Below, piece by piece: positions 27,143-36,741 of a stretch of 64,000 nt of DNA. The position numbers were made by a program, and so were the translations under genes. The notes under the pieces were generated by a model that ran no database searches, was not told where the DNA came from, and saw only the letters and a program-made list of their open reading frames with translations. Numbering within the stretch: position 1 is the first letter of the stretch; each line of letters begins with the position of its first letter. This DNA is from an uncultured Chloroflexia bacterium (GTDB lineage Bacteria > Chloroflexota > Anaerolineae > Anaerolineales > Anaerolineaceae), in assembly GCA_963749005.1 (NCBI GenBank), contig CAVVKI010000003.1:5533-69532 (forward strand), read 5' to 3'.

Positions 27143-28366
27143 CTAAGCAAACATGTCATTGACAATTTGTAATCCTTCGACCAAACGATCAATTTCGCTT
27201 GTTGTATTATATAAATAAAAACTTGCCCGCGTTGTTGCAGGAATTCCAAATTTTTCATGAAGGGGCATGGCACAATGATGTCCGGCTCGGACAGCCACCC
27301 CTACACTATCGAGAATCTGAGCTACATCATGCGGATGCACATTCGCCATCTCAAAAGAAATGACACCACCTCGCCCATTATTTTTTCCAAAAATCTTCAG
27401 GTTTTCAACGCCCATTAAGCGCTCGAAGGCATATTTTGTTAATTCATGCTCGTGAGCCGCAATATTATCCATGCCCAACGCTTGCAGATAATCAATTGCC
27501 GCTGCTGTGCCAATTGCTTCAGCTATCGCCGGAGTTCCTGCTTCAAATTTATGCGGAAGATCATTCGGTTTGAATGAACGTAGCTGCACCTTTTTAATCA
27601 TATCTCCCCCACCCATGAAAGGTGGTGTCATATCAAGAAGTTTTTCTTTTCCATATAAAATCCCAAAACCGGTGGGACCAATCATTTTATGAGCAGAAAA
27701 CGCATAGAAATCTGCATCTAAATCTTGCACATCCACAGCAAAGTGTGGTACAGATTGTGCTCCATCGACTAACACGATCGCCCCAACTTCATGAGCAGCT
27801 GAAATCATTTCCCTGGCAGGATTTATCGTACCGAGCACATTCGACATATGGCTGAATGCAACTAATTTTGGCGATTTTATAAGAAGTTCTTTATAGGTGT
27901 CCAGATCTAATAGACCATCCTTGTTTACAGAGACAAACTCAAGCTCCAGGTTTTTTTCGGATGCCAGCATCTGCCATGGCACCAGATTCGAGTGATGCTC
28001 CATTTCTGTTAGAACGATCAGGTCACCGCTATTCAGAAACTTATAGCCCCAACTCTTAGCCACCAGGTTGATTGATTCAGTTGTATTACGAGTGAAAACA
28101 ATCTCACGAGCATATTTGGCATGAATAAATTGGCCAATTTTGATTCGCGCATTTTCATACATCATCGTTGCTTCTTCCGCCAATGTATGCACGCCTCGAT
28201 GAATATTAGCATTATGCATTTGATAATACTCATCCATTGCTGAGATTACCTGTTGTGGTTTTTGGGCAGTAGCAGTCGAATCCAGATAGGCTAGCGGGAT
28301 TCCTTTACGTATTTCCCGAGATAATATTGGAAAATCTGCTCTCACTTTGTCAATATCGTAGGTCAT
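27143..28366 (-). CDS. sufS: Cysteine desulfurase SufS (class II)
   Basis: 407 aa. SAHKMIGPTG (PLP Lys) and RAGHHCA (catalytic Cys loop). Confidence 0.95.
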   Translation of the reverse strand: MTYDIDKVRADFPILSREIRKGIPLAYLDSTATAQKPQQVISAMDEYYQMHNANIHRGVHTLAEEATMMYENARIKIGQFIHAKYAREIVFTRNTTESINLVAKSWGYKFLNSGDLIVLTEMEHHSNLVPWQMLASEKNLELEFVSVNKDGLLDLDTYKELLIKSPKLVAFSHMSNVLGTINPAREMISAAHEVGAIVLVDGAQSVPHFAVDVQDLDADFYAFSAHKMIGPTGFGILYGKEKLLDMTPPFMGGGDMIKKVQLRSFKPNDLPHKFEAGTPAIAEAIGTAAAIDYLQALGMDNIAAHEHELTKYAFERLMGVENLKIFGKNNGRGGVISFEMANVHPHDVAQILDSVGVAVRAGHHCAMPLHEKFGIPATTRASFYLYNTTSEIDRLVEGLQIVNDMFA

Positions 28367-28392
28367 AGAAAATGCCTCATTGAAAATCTTAT

Positions 28393-28680
28393 CTACAATT
28401 CGTCAGGTATTACATCCGGTCTTTTACGAGGTTTTCTAATCTGGGTGGAAAGTTGAGGAAACCATAAAATATGGTCAGGAACCATCCAACCATCCGTTAA
28501 ATAAACATTCGACCGAAACTGAACAGCAACCATTTTGGGGTCTGTTTGCACGACAATTCCACGCAACCAACCGCGTACCCGTTCACTTTTGCGGTCATGG
28601 TCACAAAAAACCTCAACAGTGTCCCCAACTTCGTATTCACTATCTGGCGCAGGTGGGCGCATATAGGGTGCAGATGACAT
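28393..28680 (-). CDS. Hypothetical 95-aa protein embedded in the suf operon
   Basis: Strong SD (GGAGGG, 7 nt spacing). Same strand as sufD and sufS, 26 nt before sufS. No motif I recognise; the beta-rich core followed by a basic tail suggests an SH3/Tudor-like fold. Confidence 0.55.
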   Translation of the reverse strand: MSSAPYMRPPAPDSEYEVGDTVEVFCDHDRKSERVRGWLRGIVVQTDPKMVAVQFRSNVYLTDGWMVPDHILWFPQLSTQIRKPRKRPDVIPDEL

Positions 28681-28782
28681 TAATTTCCCTCCAAAGGAAT
28701 AAGCTGCGAATCTATTAATTTTATCATATTCAAATTTAATTATTACTTACTGAAGGCTAAAATTTCCTTTGAAAGGATAATT

Positions 28783-30135
28783 TTAGCCTTTGTATGCACC
28801 CATTTTTTCGGATATCGCTGTCTGAAAGCGTTCACGCACGCCTTCAAACGGAATACGCTGCATGATCGGATCAAAAAAGCCTTCTACAATCAATCTTTCA
28901 GCATCTAATCGTGGTATTCCACGAGCCATCAGATAAAATATTTGCTCAGCATCAATTTTGCCAACAGTGGCCCCGTGGGTGCAGCGCACATCATCCGCTA
29001 AAATTTCCAATCCAGGGATCGAATCGGCTCTGGCTTGCCGGCTTAACAGCAAGTTGCGATTGGCTTGATAACCATCTGTTTTATCGGCACCGGGAGCGAC
29101 GTAGATCATTCCCTGCCAGACCGACCGGCTGTTTTCAACCAGCGCTCCTTTAAACAATAGATCGCTGGTCGTGTGTGGTGCCAGATGATTTTGTTGTGAA
29201 TCATAATCAAGGTGCTGATTTTGGTCTGTAAAATAGAAACCTGACATTTTGCCAACAGAGCCAGATGCAATTAAATCGAGTTCAGCAAAATTTTTGGTCA
29301 GGTGACCGCCAATCGCACCAAATATCCAATCTACTCTAGCATCCCGATCGACGTGGACACGTTCATGAGTGAAATTCCAGACATGACGCCCCCAAGATTG
29401 AAGTTCTACAAATCGTAAGCTGGAATTCTGTCCTACGTACATCTCAATATTTGCAGCTTGAAAACTTTGACCTTCGGTCAGGGTATCTGATGCAAATTCA
29501 TGTACATAAGTGACGCTTGAATCGGGTTCCAGGTAAACGAGGATGTGCGAGAGATTGGCACTGTAATCATCTGCTCCCCAGATAAGACTGTGCAAAGGAG
29601 CCTCAACGTTTACCCCTTTTGGAACATAGAGCAGAATCCCATTTTGAGCAAGGGCAGTCGCCATTGCAGCAAATTTACCTTCAGTGGGTGAGACTATTTT
29701 GCCCATAATCTTTTCCAGTAGATGAGGGAATTCCTTTTCTGCAGTCAACAAATCAGTAAAAACAACACCCTGCTCTACCAGTTTTGGTTCAAGATAAATG
29801 GTAGGATGATTTCGGTTAAGGATAATCTGGCCACCGTGATCACCACCCGCTAATGGTTTAAGCAAATCCACGGGCACTTTTTGTAAATTGGTTTTGTAGG
29901 TTGAATCCACCAGCGAGAATTTATTTGCCTGCATAGCGCGAATATCAGTCCGCCGCCATGCTTCTTCTTTAACCGTTGGAAGCGGTGTATTGTTGTATAT
30001 TTCCCAGGCATGGCTACGCAAATCATCCAAGTAGGCATTATCCGTTGTGCGAACCTGTTCTTGAGAAAACTTGAATGTCGGGCTTTCGGTACGTGTGCGT
30101 GATTGGCGTACAACCACAGGTGTTTGTTCACTCAT
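28783..30135 (-). CDS. sufD: Fe-S cluster assembly protein SufD
   Basis: 450 aa. SufBD beta-helix repeats, and C-terminal CTHGATVGKIDAEQIFYLMARGI. Confidence 0.9.
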   Translation of the reverse strand: MSEQTPVVVRQSRTRTESPTFKFSQEQVRTTDNAYLDDLRSHAWEIYNNTPLPTVKEEAWRRTDIRAMQANKFSLVDSTYKTNLQKVPVDLLKPLAGGDHGGQIILNRNHPTIYLEPKLVEQGVVFTDLLTAEKEFPHLLEKIMGKIVSPTEGKFAAMATALAQNGILLYVPKGVNVEAPLHSLIWGADDYSANLSHILVYLEPDSSVTYVHEFASDTLTEGQSFQAANIEMYVGQNSSLRFVELQSWGRHVWNFTHERVHVDRDARVDWIFGAIGGHLTKNFAELDLIASGSVGKMSGFYFTDQNQHLDYDSQQNHLAPHTTSDLLFKGALVENSRSVWQGMIYVAPGADKTDGYQANRNLLLSRQARADSIPGLEILADDVRCTHGATVGKIDAEQIFYLMARGIPRLDAERLIVEGFFDPIMQRIPFEGVRERFQTAISEKMGAYKG

Positions 30136-30164
30136 GAGCTAAGATATTTCCTTCCAATTTCCAA

Positions 30165-31577
30165 TTAGCCAACCGAACCTTCCATCTGGAGTTGAATAAG
30201 GCGGTTCATTTCCACTGCATATTCCATTGGCAGTTCTCTAACGAGCGGTTCAATGAAACCGGAAACTACCATTGTAGTTGCTTCCTCTTCGCTTAAACCC
30301 CTGCTCATCAAATAAAAAAGCTGTTCTTCGCCTACTTTTGAGACACTTGCCTCATGACCGATTGATACATCCTCCTCATCAATTTCTATATATGGATAGG
30401 TATCCGAACGACTCTCCTTGTTGAGAAGAAGCGCATCACAGACTACATTGGAGCGTGAATTTACCGCCCCTTTGTGAACCTTAAGTAAACCACGATAGGA
30501 AGAACGCCCCGTGCCCTTACTGATTGACTTAGAGGTAATCTTGCTGGAAGTATCAGGTGCGAAGTGAAGAATCTTTCCCCCTGCATCCTGGTGTTGACCA
30601 TCTGAAGCAAAAGCTACCGATAAAATCTCTCCGTGTGCGCGAGGACCCATCAGATAACAAGAGGGATACTTCATGGTTACTTTTGAGCCGAGATTACAAT
30701 CAACCCATTCCATGGTTCCACCTTCAGCCACCATGGCGCGCTGTGTGACCAAATTATAGACATTGGTCGACCAGTTCTGAATGGTGGAATAACGCACTCT
30801 TGCATTCTTCTTCACCACGATTTCAATGACACCACTATGAAACGAATCAGTGGTGTAGCTCGGTGCAGTACACCCTTCAACATAGTGCACTTGTGAACCT
30901 TCATCTGCAATAATTAATGATCGTTCAAATTGACCGATATTAGCCACATTCAATCGAAAATAAGCCTGTAATGGCAAATCGACCTTGACACCTTTGGGAA
31001 CGTAGACAAATGAGCCACCCGACCAGACAGCGCTATTAAGCGCCGCAAATTTATTATCTTCGATTGGTATGACCGTCCCAAAATATTCTCGAAATAAGTC
31101 CGGATATTGGCGCAGACCATCTTCAATGCTCAAGAAGATGACACCCTGCTTTGAAAGGTGTTCTTGAATGCTGTGATAAACCATCTCAGATTCATATTGC
31201 GCACCAACGCCGGCAAGAAATTTTTGTTCTGCTTCCGGGATGCCAAGTTTATTAAATGTGTCCTTGATGTTTTCAGGAACATCATCCCAGGAAGTGCTCG
31301 ACTTTTCTGTTGGCCGGACGTAATATAAAATATTCTCAAGGTCCAACTTCGAAAGATCAGCGCCCCAGGTTGGCATCGCACGTAGTCTGTAGTGCTTCAA
31401 AGCCTTTAATCTGAACTCCAACATCCACTCAGGTTCAGCTTTCATCGCGGAGATTTGTCGCACTGTCTCTTCGCTTAACCCTCGTTGGGTCTTAAAAACG
31501 GATAAATCCGGGTCATTGAACCCGTATTGGTAATCCCCTAATTTTTCTAGGAATGCATCCTGTACTTGTTCACTCAT
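30165..31577 (-). CDS. sufB: Fe-S cluster assembly protein SufB
   Basis: 470 aa. [21 protein letters not shown], plus the typical SufB N-terminus. Confidence 0.95.
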   Translation of the reverse strand: MSEQVQDAFLEKLGDYQYGFNDPDLSVFKTQRGLSEETVRQISAMKAEPEWMLEFRLKALKHYRLRAMPTWGADLSKLDLENILYYVRPTEKSSTSWDDVPENIKDTFNKLGIPEAEQKFLAGVGAQYESEMVYHSIQEHLSKQGVIFLSIEDGLRQYPDLFREYFGTVIPIEDNKFAALNSAVWSGGSFVYVPKGVKVDLPLQAYFRLNVANIGQFERSLIIADEGSQVHYVEGCTAPSYTTDSFHSGVIEIVVKKNARVRYSTIQNWSTNVYNLVTQRAMVAEGGTMEWVDCNLGSKVTMKYPSCYLMGPRAHGEILSVAFASDGQHQDAGGKILHFAPDTSSKITSKSISKGTGRSSYRGLLKVHKGAVNSRSNVVCDALLLNKESRSDTYPYIEIDEEDVSIGHEASVSKVGEEQLFYLMSRGLSEEEATTMVVSGFIEPLVRELPMEYAVEMNRLIQLQMEGSVG

Positions 31578-31620
31578 GATATTCTCCTAACAATAATTAC
31601 AGGTAATGTTAATGTTCGCA

Positions 31621-32391
31621 CTAAGCTACACCATTGACTTTTTCACGAATCCATTCATAACCATGTTCCTCCAAATGGATTGCCAATTCCTTGCCGCCGG
31701 ATTCTACAATCCTGCCGCCCATCATGACGTGTACTACATCTGGTTCGATGTAATTTAATATGCGCTGGTAATGGGTAATAACAAGCACACCGAGATCATT
31801 TCCTTTGAGTGCATTGACACCATCAGAAACGATTTTTAATGCATCTATGTCGAGTCCGGAGTCCGTCTCGTCAAGAATGGCAATCTCTGGTCTCAGCATA
31901 GCCATTTGCAAGATCTCTGCGCGCTTTTTTTCTCCACCGGAAAAACCATCATTAAGATAGCGTCCAGCAAAGGCTGTATCCATTTTTAGGAGCTCCATTT
32001 GGGCTTTCACCTCACGGCGGAACTCCATCAATGGCACTCCTTTATCCTCGGGATTATGCGCCCGTCTGCGGGCGTTAACGGCTGATCGGATGAAATTGGC
32101 AACAGTCACACCTGGAATCCCTACCGGGTACTGAAAAGCGAGAAAGATCCCGAGCAGCGAGCGTTCATTCGCAGCAAGATCGAGGACGTTTTGACCACGA
32201 TAAAGAACCTCCCCCTCTGTTACTTCATATGAAGGGTGACCCATTAATGTGTAAGCCAGTGTCGATTTTCCGGTTCCATTTGGGCCCATAATTGCATGGA
32301 CTTCACCCTGAGGCAAAGTTAAATCCAATCCTTTCAAGATTTCCTTGCCTTCAATACTTACATGCAAATTACGGATGACTAATTCTGCCAT
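31621..32391 (-). CDS. sufC: Fe-S cluster assembly ATPase SufC
   Basis: Walker [13 protein letters not shown] signature FSGGEKKR, Walker [12 protein letters not shown]. Confidence 0.95.
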   Translation of the reverse strand: MAELVIRNLHVSIEGKEILKGLDLTLPQGEVHAIMGPNGTGKSTLAYTLMGHPSYEVTEGEVLYRGQNVLDLAANERSLLGIFLAFQYPVGIPGVTVANFIRSAVNARRRAHNPEDKGVPLMEFRREVKAQMELLKMDTAFAGRYLNDGFSGGEKKRAEILQMAMLRPEIAILDETDSGLDIDALKIVSDGVNALKGNDLGVLVITHYQRILNYIEPDVVHVMMGGRIVESGGKELAIHLEEHGYEWIREKVNGVA

Positions 32392-32469
32392 TGAAAGAAA
32401 CTCCTTGTGAGGTTTTTTTAATATTTTTCAGCAATTTTTCATATAAAAAAGTGAGCTGAATTGCCAAAA

Positions 32470-32498
32470 ATTATATCACGGCATTCTTCATCAGTCAA
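32470..32498 (-). promoter_or_regulatory. sufCBD… promoter (minus strand TTGACT, 17-nt spacer, TATAAT)
   Basis: Read on the minus strand: TTGACT (32498-32493) and TATAAT (32475-32470) with a 17-nt spacer. The -35 box lies inside the left arm of the palindrome. Confidence 0.6.
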
Positions 32499-32527
32499 TA
32501 TTTATTATAATAATCATAAATATTGAC
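32494..32527. promoter_or_regulatory. Perfect 12-bp inverted repeat GTCAATATTTAT-N10-ATAAATATTGAC (candidate SufR operator)
   Basis: Read directly from the sequence. It lies in the 204-nt divergent sufC/sufR intergenic region, and each arm contains one of the two -35 hexamers. Confidence 0.6.
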
Positions 32528-32552
32528 AAATTCAGGAGAAAACGGTTATACT
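32523..32552 (+). promoter_or_regulatory. sufR promoter (TTGACA, 18-nt spacer, TATACT)
   Basis: TTGACA at 32523-32528 and TATACT at 32547-32552. Confidence 0.5.
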
Positions 32553-32595
32553 CAATAAATAATAATCATATATCCGCTTGAGAACGAGGCTTTGT

Positions 32596-33225
32596 ATGAA
32601 GAGTACCAGAGAAAAAATTTTATTGTCCCTTCTTAAAAAACCACAGTCTACTGTAAGTGACCTGGCGGAGGCTGTGAATATTAACAACATCTCAGTGCGT
32701 CATCATCTCTCAAACTTGCAGGCTGATAATCTCATCACAGCTGAAGAGGAACGGCATGGTGTAGGTCGGCCACGCTTGGTATATTCACTTACAGAAGATG
32801 GAATGGAAAAATTCCCCACCCGCTACTGGCGTTTGACTAACCGAATTTTGGGTCAAGTTCGTAATTCACTGACACCTCAACAATTGAAAGATTTATTTTC
32901 TTCAATTGCAAGTGACATAGCCAATGACCATAAGAAGAATGTCAGCCAATTAAGTTTTGAAGAAAAAATTAATTACGTCAATCAGTTATTGAACGAAGAA
33001 GGTTTTGAAGTTGAATTGGAGAAGAAAGATTCGCATTATGTTTTGCATGAGGTCAATTGTCCCTATATTCAAGTCGTACAGAACCACCCGGAAGTGTGCA
33101 CATTTGATCAGGTCTTAATTAGTCAGATGCTTTCAATTCCTATTGAAAAAATTAACTGCATTATGAGTGGAGCAAAAAAGTGCAGCTATATAATTCCCTT
33201 AAATAATTCTATGGAGAAAGTCTAA
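32596..33225 (+). CDS. sufR: SufR-like winged-helix transcriptional regulator with a C-terminal Cys4 (Fe-S sensing) domain
   Basis: ATG 32596. N-terminal wHTH (STVSDLAEAVNINNISVRHHLSNLQADNLI … GRPRLVYSLT) and a C-terminal C-x14-C-x20-C-x8-C. It is divergent from the suf operon, as cyanobacterial sufR is. Confidence 0.7.
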   Translation: MKSTREKILLSLLKKPQSTVSDLAEAVNINNISVRHHLSNLQADNLITAEEERHGVGRPRLVYSLTEDGMEKFPTRYWRLTNRILGQVRNSLTPQQLKDLFSSIASDIANDHKKNVSQLSFEEKINYVNQLLNEEGFEVELEKKDSHYVLHEVNCPYIQVVQNHPEVCTFDQVLISQMLSIPIEKINCIMSGAKKCSYIIPLNNSMEKV

Positions 33226-33572
33226 TGGAACCTCAACCAGGAACAAACAGACCGATTTGGTTATCTGAAACAACTCATCCAGAACTCAGTGAAAGACTGA
33301 AGATCGGATTGAGTGAAGTAATTGATCCAGAAATTGGTTTTAATATTATCCAATTGGGTCTGGTTCGAAATGTAACGATCGATGACAATCGGGCGGTTGT
33401 CAGCATGATTCTTACAACACCATTCTGCCCTTATGGACCAGCTATGCTTGAACAAACTCGCTCTAAAGCCGAAGAAGTGCTCGCAAAAACAACTTCTATT
33501 GATTTTGGTGTAGACCCCTGGGACTTCTCGATGATGGAAGAGGGTTTGATGGACGATTGGGGACTTTATTAG
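33225..33572 (+). CDS. sufT: DUF59/SufT-like Fe-S assembly protein
   Basis: VIDPEIGFNIIQLGLV…PFCPYG, the DUF59 (MIP18) signature with its conserved Cys. Confidence 0.8.
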   Translation: MEPQPGTNRPIWLSETTHPELSERLKIGLSEVIDPEIGFNIIQLGLVRNVTIDDNRAVVSMILTTPFCPYGPAMLEQTRSKAEEVLAKTTSIDFGVDPWDFSMMEEGLMDDWGLY

Positions 33573-33585
33573 GCTGGCTCAGGCG

Positions 33586-33948
33586 TTATTGCCACTGTGC
33601 TGATAATTCTTCAGGTATTGAAAAAAGGTGAGAAATTTTTATCGCCAGATTAAGGCTGCCGGCAAAACGAACTTTACCAAGCATAAAAGCCTTCATGGCA
33701 TCCATTTTTCCAGTAACAATGTCCAATATATCTTGTGCTTTGGCAGTTAGTTTTAAGTCCGGATTTTCAATTAATCCCTCAAGAACAGAACATTCATTGT
33801 CCTCAATGTGAATGTGCCATTCTCCGCCATCTTCGCCTTTGGCGATTATTTGAATAGAAACACACGTCGGGTTCAAACTATCTTCATTAGCTGGCTGGTA
33901 TGCAGACGGCAGCATCTCTATTAATTTTCCTACGGTAAGTTCACTCAT
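33586..33948 (-). CDS. SCP2 sterol-carrier-like domain protein
   Basis: 120 aa. C-terminal GKMDAMKAFMLGKVRFAGSLNLAIKISHLF is typical of SCP2. Confidence 0.7.
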   Translation of the reverse strand: MSELTVGKLIEMLPSAYQPANEDSLNPTCVSIQIIAKGEDGGEWHIHIEDNECSVLEGLIENPDLKLTAKAQDILDIVTGKMDAMKAFMLGKVRFAGSLNLAIKISHLFSIPEELSAQWQ

Positions 33949-34008
33949 TTACGAAAACTCCTCAATACGAATAATGCGCACAATCGTATCACAAACCGCC
34001 AATTGCAG

Positions 34009-34617
34009 TTAATGCAATTTTTTGATTATTATGAAATAGTTAACCGAATCACGTTCTATTTTCAATGTGAAGTCTTCAAAATCAATCATCTTTACAATTT
34101 CATTCACACGAAAAAACTTACTTCGCATTCCTGCTATTTTCTCCCCCAGAGCAATCAACTTAACCTGCCACTTTTCTATATCAGGTTCTTCCAGAATGAA
34201 AATAGCACCTACCTTCATAACTCGTAATACTTCTTGCATTGCAGACTTTTGATCGATTAGATGATGAAATGCATCCACCATTACAATACTATCGAAAGCT
34301 TGATCACAGTATGGGAGTAATTCAACCTGACAGCAGGTTTCCAGAAATAAATTCTTTTTATGGGCTGCACGCAGCATTGGAAAAGAAAAATCTGCCAAAA
34401 ATAGAAAAGGGATAGCTGGATGGAAATTTTGGGTTATTCTTCCGGTTCCCCCGCCGATATCCAGCAAATTTCTGATATGGACATCTTCCAGATAATGAGC
34501 CCAGGGAAGAGACTTGCGCGGATGTATAAAGCGCTCATAAATTAAAGCCAGAAGGCGGAAATCGTCATTTTGTTTTGTTTTCACAGTGAACCAATTGTAA
34601 TCGCATATAGCTCCCAT
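34009..34617 (-). CDS. Class I SAM-dependent methyltransferase
   Basis: LLDIGGGTGR motif I, VMVDAFHH, and MKVGAIFIL. Confidence 0.75.
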   Translation of the reverse strand: MGAICDYNWFTVKTKQNDDFRLLALIYERFIHPRKSLPWAHYLEDVHIRNLLDIGGGTGRITQNFHPAIPFLFLADFSFPMLRAAHKKNLFLETCCQVELLPYCDQAFDSIVMVDAFHHLIDQKSAMQEVLRVMKVGAIFILEEPDIEKWQVKLIALGEKIAGMRSKFFRVNEIVKMIDFEDFTLKIERDSVNYFIIIKKLH

Positions 34618-34712
34618 TTAGATCCTTATTTATTCAAATATTGCCTATTGACAATATAGTAATTATGTTCTATTATATCAATTAGAAATTGTTTTCTACT
34701 TACAGGAGGAAT

Positions 34713-35453
34713 ATGATCCGCTCAACTACTCAACCCAATCGCTTTTCAATTACTTTCCGGAAATGGTTTTCACAGAATCGTCTGTCCGTAACCAGTATGA
34801 TTCTCATTGTAGGATTGATCTCTTTTGAGATGTTCAATTACAGCACAACAGATTTTGCCCTGCGTGATTTATTGGGAGACCTGAAATTTTTTGGTATCTT
34901 CTGGTCAACCATTCTAGCCATAGCATTTTGCGGCATTGATTTCGCAGGAATCATCCGCCTATTCATGCCAGATGAGCAGATTGATCAAAAAGAAAATTGG
35001 TTTCTCTTTGGAGCCTGGTTCCTGGCAGCAACCATGAATGCCATACTGACCTGGTGGGGAGTTGCGATGTCTTTGACAAATCACCCAATTCGCAGCACCG
35101 CTATTATGGATCCAACAACCATCAGTCAGATTGTCCCGATCTTCGTAGCTATCATGGTTTGGCTGACACGCATTTTATTAATCGGCAGCTTTTCATTAAA
35201 AAACAAGAACCGTCCAACCACAAATGCGAATGTTCAACCTGGTCACCGTGCATCAAGCACCATTCAAAAAACTACGCAAGTTCCAACAATTCAACCCGTA
35301 CGAATGAATTCATCTTCCTCACAGTCAGGGAGATCTTCCAACCGCATTGTCAACCGTCCTGAACCAGAATACATCAGCGATGGAAACCCAATCAATACCC
35401 AACCGACTTATGCTGCTTCCGCTACAAATCAGCAAAATTCGCGCAGATTCTAG
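34713..35453 (+). CDS. Integral membrane protein, unknown function, with a low-complexity polar C-terminal tail
   Basis: ATG 34713 preceded by AGGAGG. Four or five hydrophobic segments, then an S/T/N/Q/P-rich tail. Confidence 0.6.
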   Translation: MIRSTTQPNRFSITFRKWFSQNRLSVTSMILIVGLISFEMFNYSTTDFALRDLLGDLKFFGIFWSTILAIAFCGIDFAGIIRLFMPDEQIDQKENWFLFGAWFLAATMNAILTWWGVAMSLTNHPIRSTAIMDPTTISQIVPIFVAIMVWLTRILLIGSFSLKNKNRPTTNANVQPGHRASSTIQKTTQVPTIQPVRMNSSSSQSGRSSNRIVNRPEPEYISDGNPINTQPTYAASATNQQNSRRF

Positions 35454-36700
35454 CAGAGACGATCATTACAAGCAGACAACGCCTGGTTTATCGAAGGATA
35501 AATACAGGCGTTTTCATTTTTTAATGACAGTATCTTTTGTCCATCCAGCGCAATTCCATAGGTATGTACCAAAGCATGGATACCATTATAAAAAAACATG
35601 GCTTGCATTTTTCTAACAGCTTGCATGCCAACATTGGAGTCTTCAAAAACATGGAAATGAATCCTGGAATGATTGATCCATTCCTGAAAACAGGGCTCGT
35701 CAAATTCGTGTAAATTTACATAGGGAGCTGCACACTTTATTTGGTCAGATATAAACTTTATAGTATGTGGTAAAGGAATTGAGAGTGCCTGACAAAAAGC
35801 CAGGAACGCATGGTAAAGGGAGGGCTTAATAATCTCATCCACTGTCAATTGTGAGGATGCACATAACAATTGAATTTGCCCAAACCCGGCCAAAGGTAGA
35901 AATTTCAAGCCGGTTTTCTTCAGGCTGATTTCCGCTTCAGGATAAATATTTGCAATTTCATGCTGGTCTCTATCTTTTTCCAGGATATATGACGGCCTGG
36001 CTGTCATCGTCGAAAGAATTACATTGTCTGAAACCATCAATTCTCGAAGAAAATTGACTTTTCTAGAATCAATCAATGGCTCATCATGTATCAGCAAGTA
36101 TGAATCATCACCAGCTAATTCTTGCCATTCCCCATCTTTTTCGACAATTTCTTTCGTTTGAATTTTCTTCTGATACTCACTCAATAATTTAAAAGAACTT
36201 GAATCAGTACCTCCACTCAAAAGTTCTTGTTGAACCCACTTCTGAGCGATGAGGGATGGAAAATACTTACAGGAAAGACTTTGATTTGCAAAAACATTCA
36301 AAAAAGCTCTGGTTGGAGATGATCCACGCATGAAGAACTTGTGAGAATGTAAAATAAGTTCCAGATTTGAAACATGTTTTTCTTTATTAATCCCCAGTAT
36401 TTCAATCAGATCCTGCCAGTTTGTCACGTTTCTTTGGTTTGGATGTTTTTGAGAATTAGACTCAAGCCAGGTGATGATATACAGAGGGATCATATCCCAT
36501 TCCGATGTAATCCCCTGGGATTCAAATGCGGCGATCTCTTCTTCCAGAACAACAACGTTTGGTATCCCATTTTCCCGAAAGAACTTCCCCAATGTGTCAA
36601 AAACTGCCTTTCGGTATCCAACGGGGTCCACCAAAACACCATCGATATCCAGCAGTAAAACGTGCTTGTCATTGATCTGCAATGTCATCACCATGCCCAA
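35450..36700 (-). CDS. HAD-superfamily hydrolase-like protein with a very large cap insertion
   Basis: 416 aa. Candidate HAD motifs I LLLDIDGVLVDP, II STMTARP, III IKPS and IV FEDSNVG. The function is unknown. Confidence 0.55.
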   Translation of the reverse strand: MGMVMTLQINDKHVLLLDIDGVLVDPVGYRKAVFDTLGKFFRENGIPNVVVLEEEIAAFESQGITSEWDMIPLYIITWLESNSQKHPNQRNVTNWQDLIEILGINKEKHVSNLELILHSHKFFMRGSSPTRAFLNVFANQSLSCKYFPSLIAQKWVQQELLSGGTDSSSFKLLSEYQKKIQTKEIVEKDGEWQELAGDDSYLLIHDEPLIDSRKVNFLRELMVSDNVILSTMTARPSYILEKDRDQHEIANIYPEAEISLKKTGLKFLPLAGFGQIQLLCASSQLTVDEIIKPSLYHAFLAFCQALSIPLPHTIKFISDQIKCAAPYVNLHEFDEPCFQEWINHSRIHFHVFEDSNVGMQAVRKMQAMFFYNGIHALVHTYGIALDGQKILSLKNENACIYPSINQALSACNDRLC

Positions 36701-36741
36701 AAAATTCGATTTGGATACAAATCGTTATGCCGTAAAAGTTC

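Noticed and set aside
34997-35362. 121-aa alternative-frame ORF within the membrane-protein gene
   Set aside because: It is on the same strand and overlaps a frame with clear TM-helix periodicity and a strong SD. There is no independent support for it.
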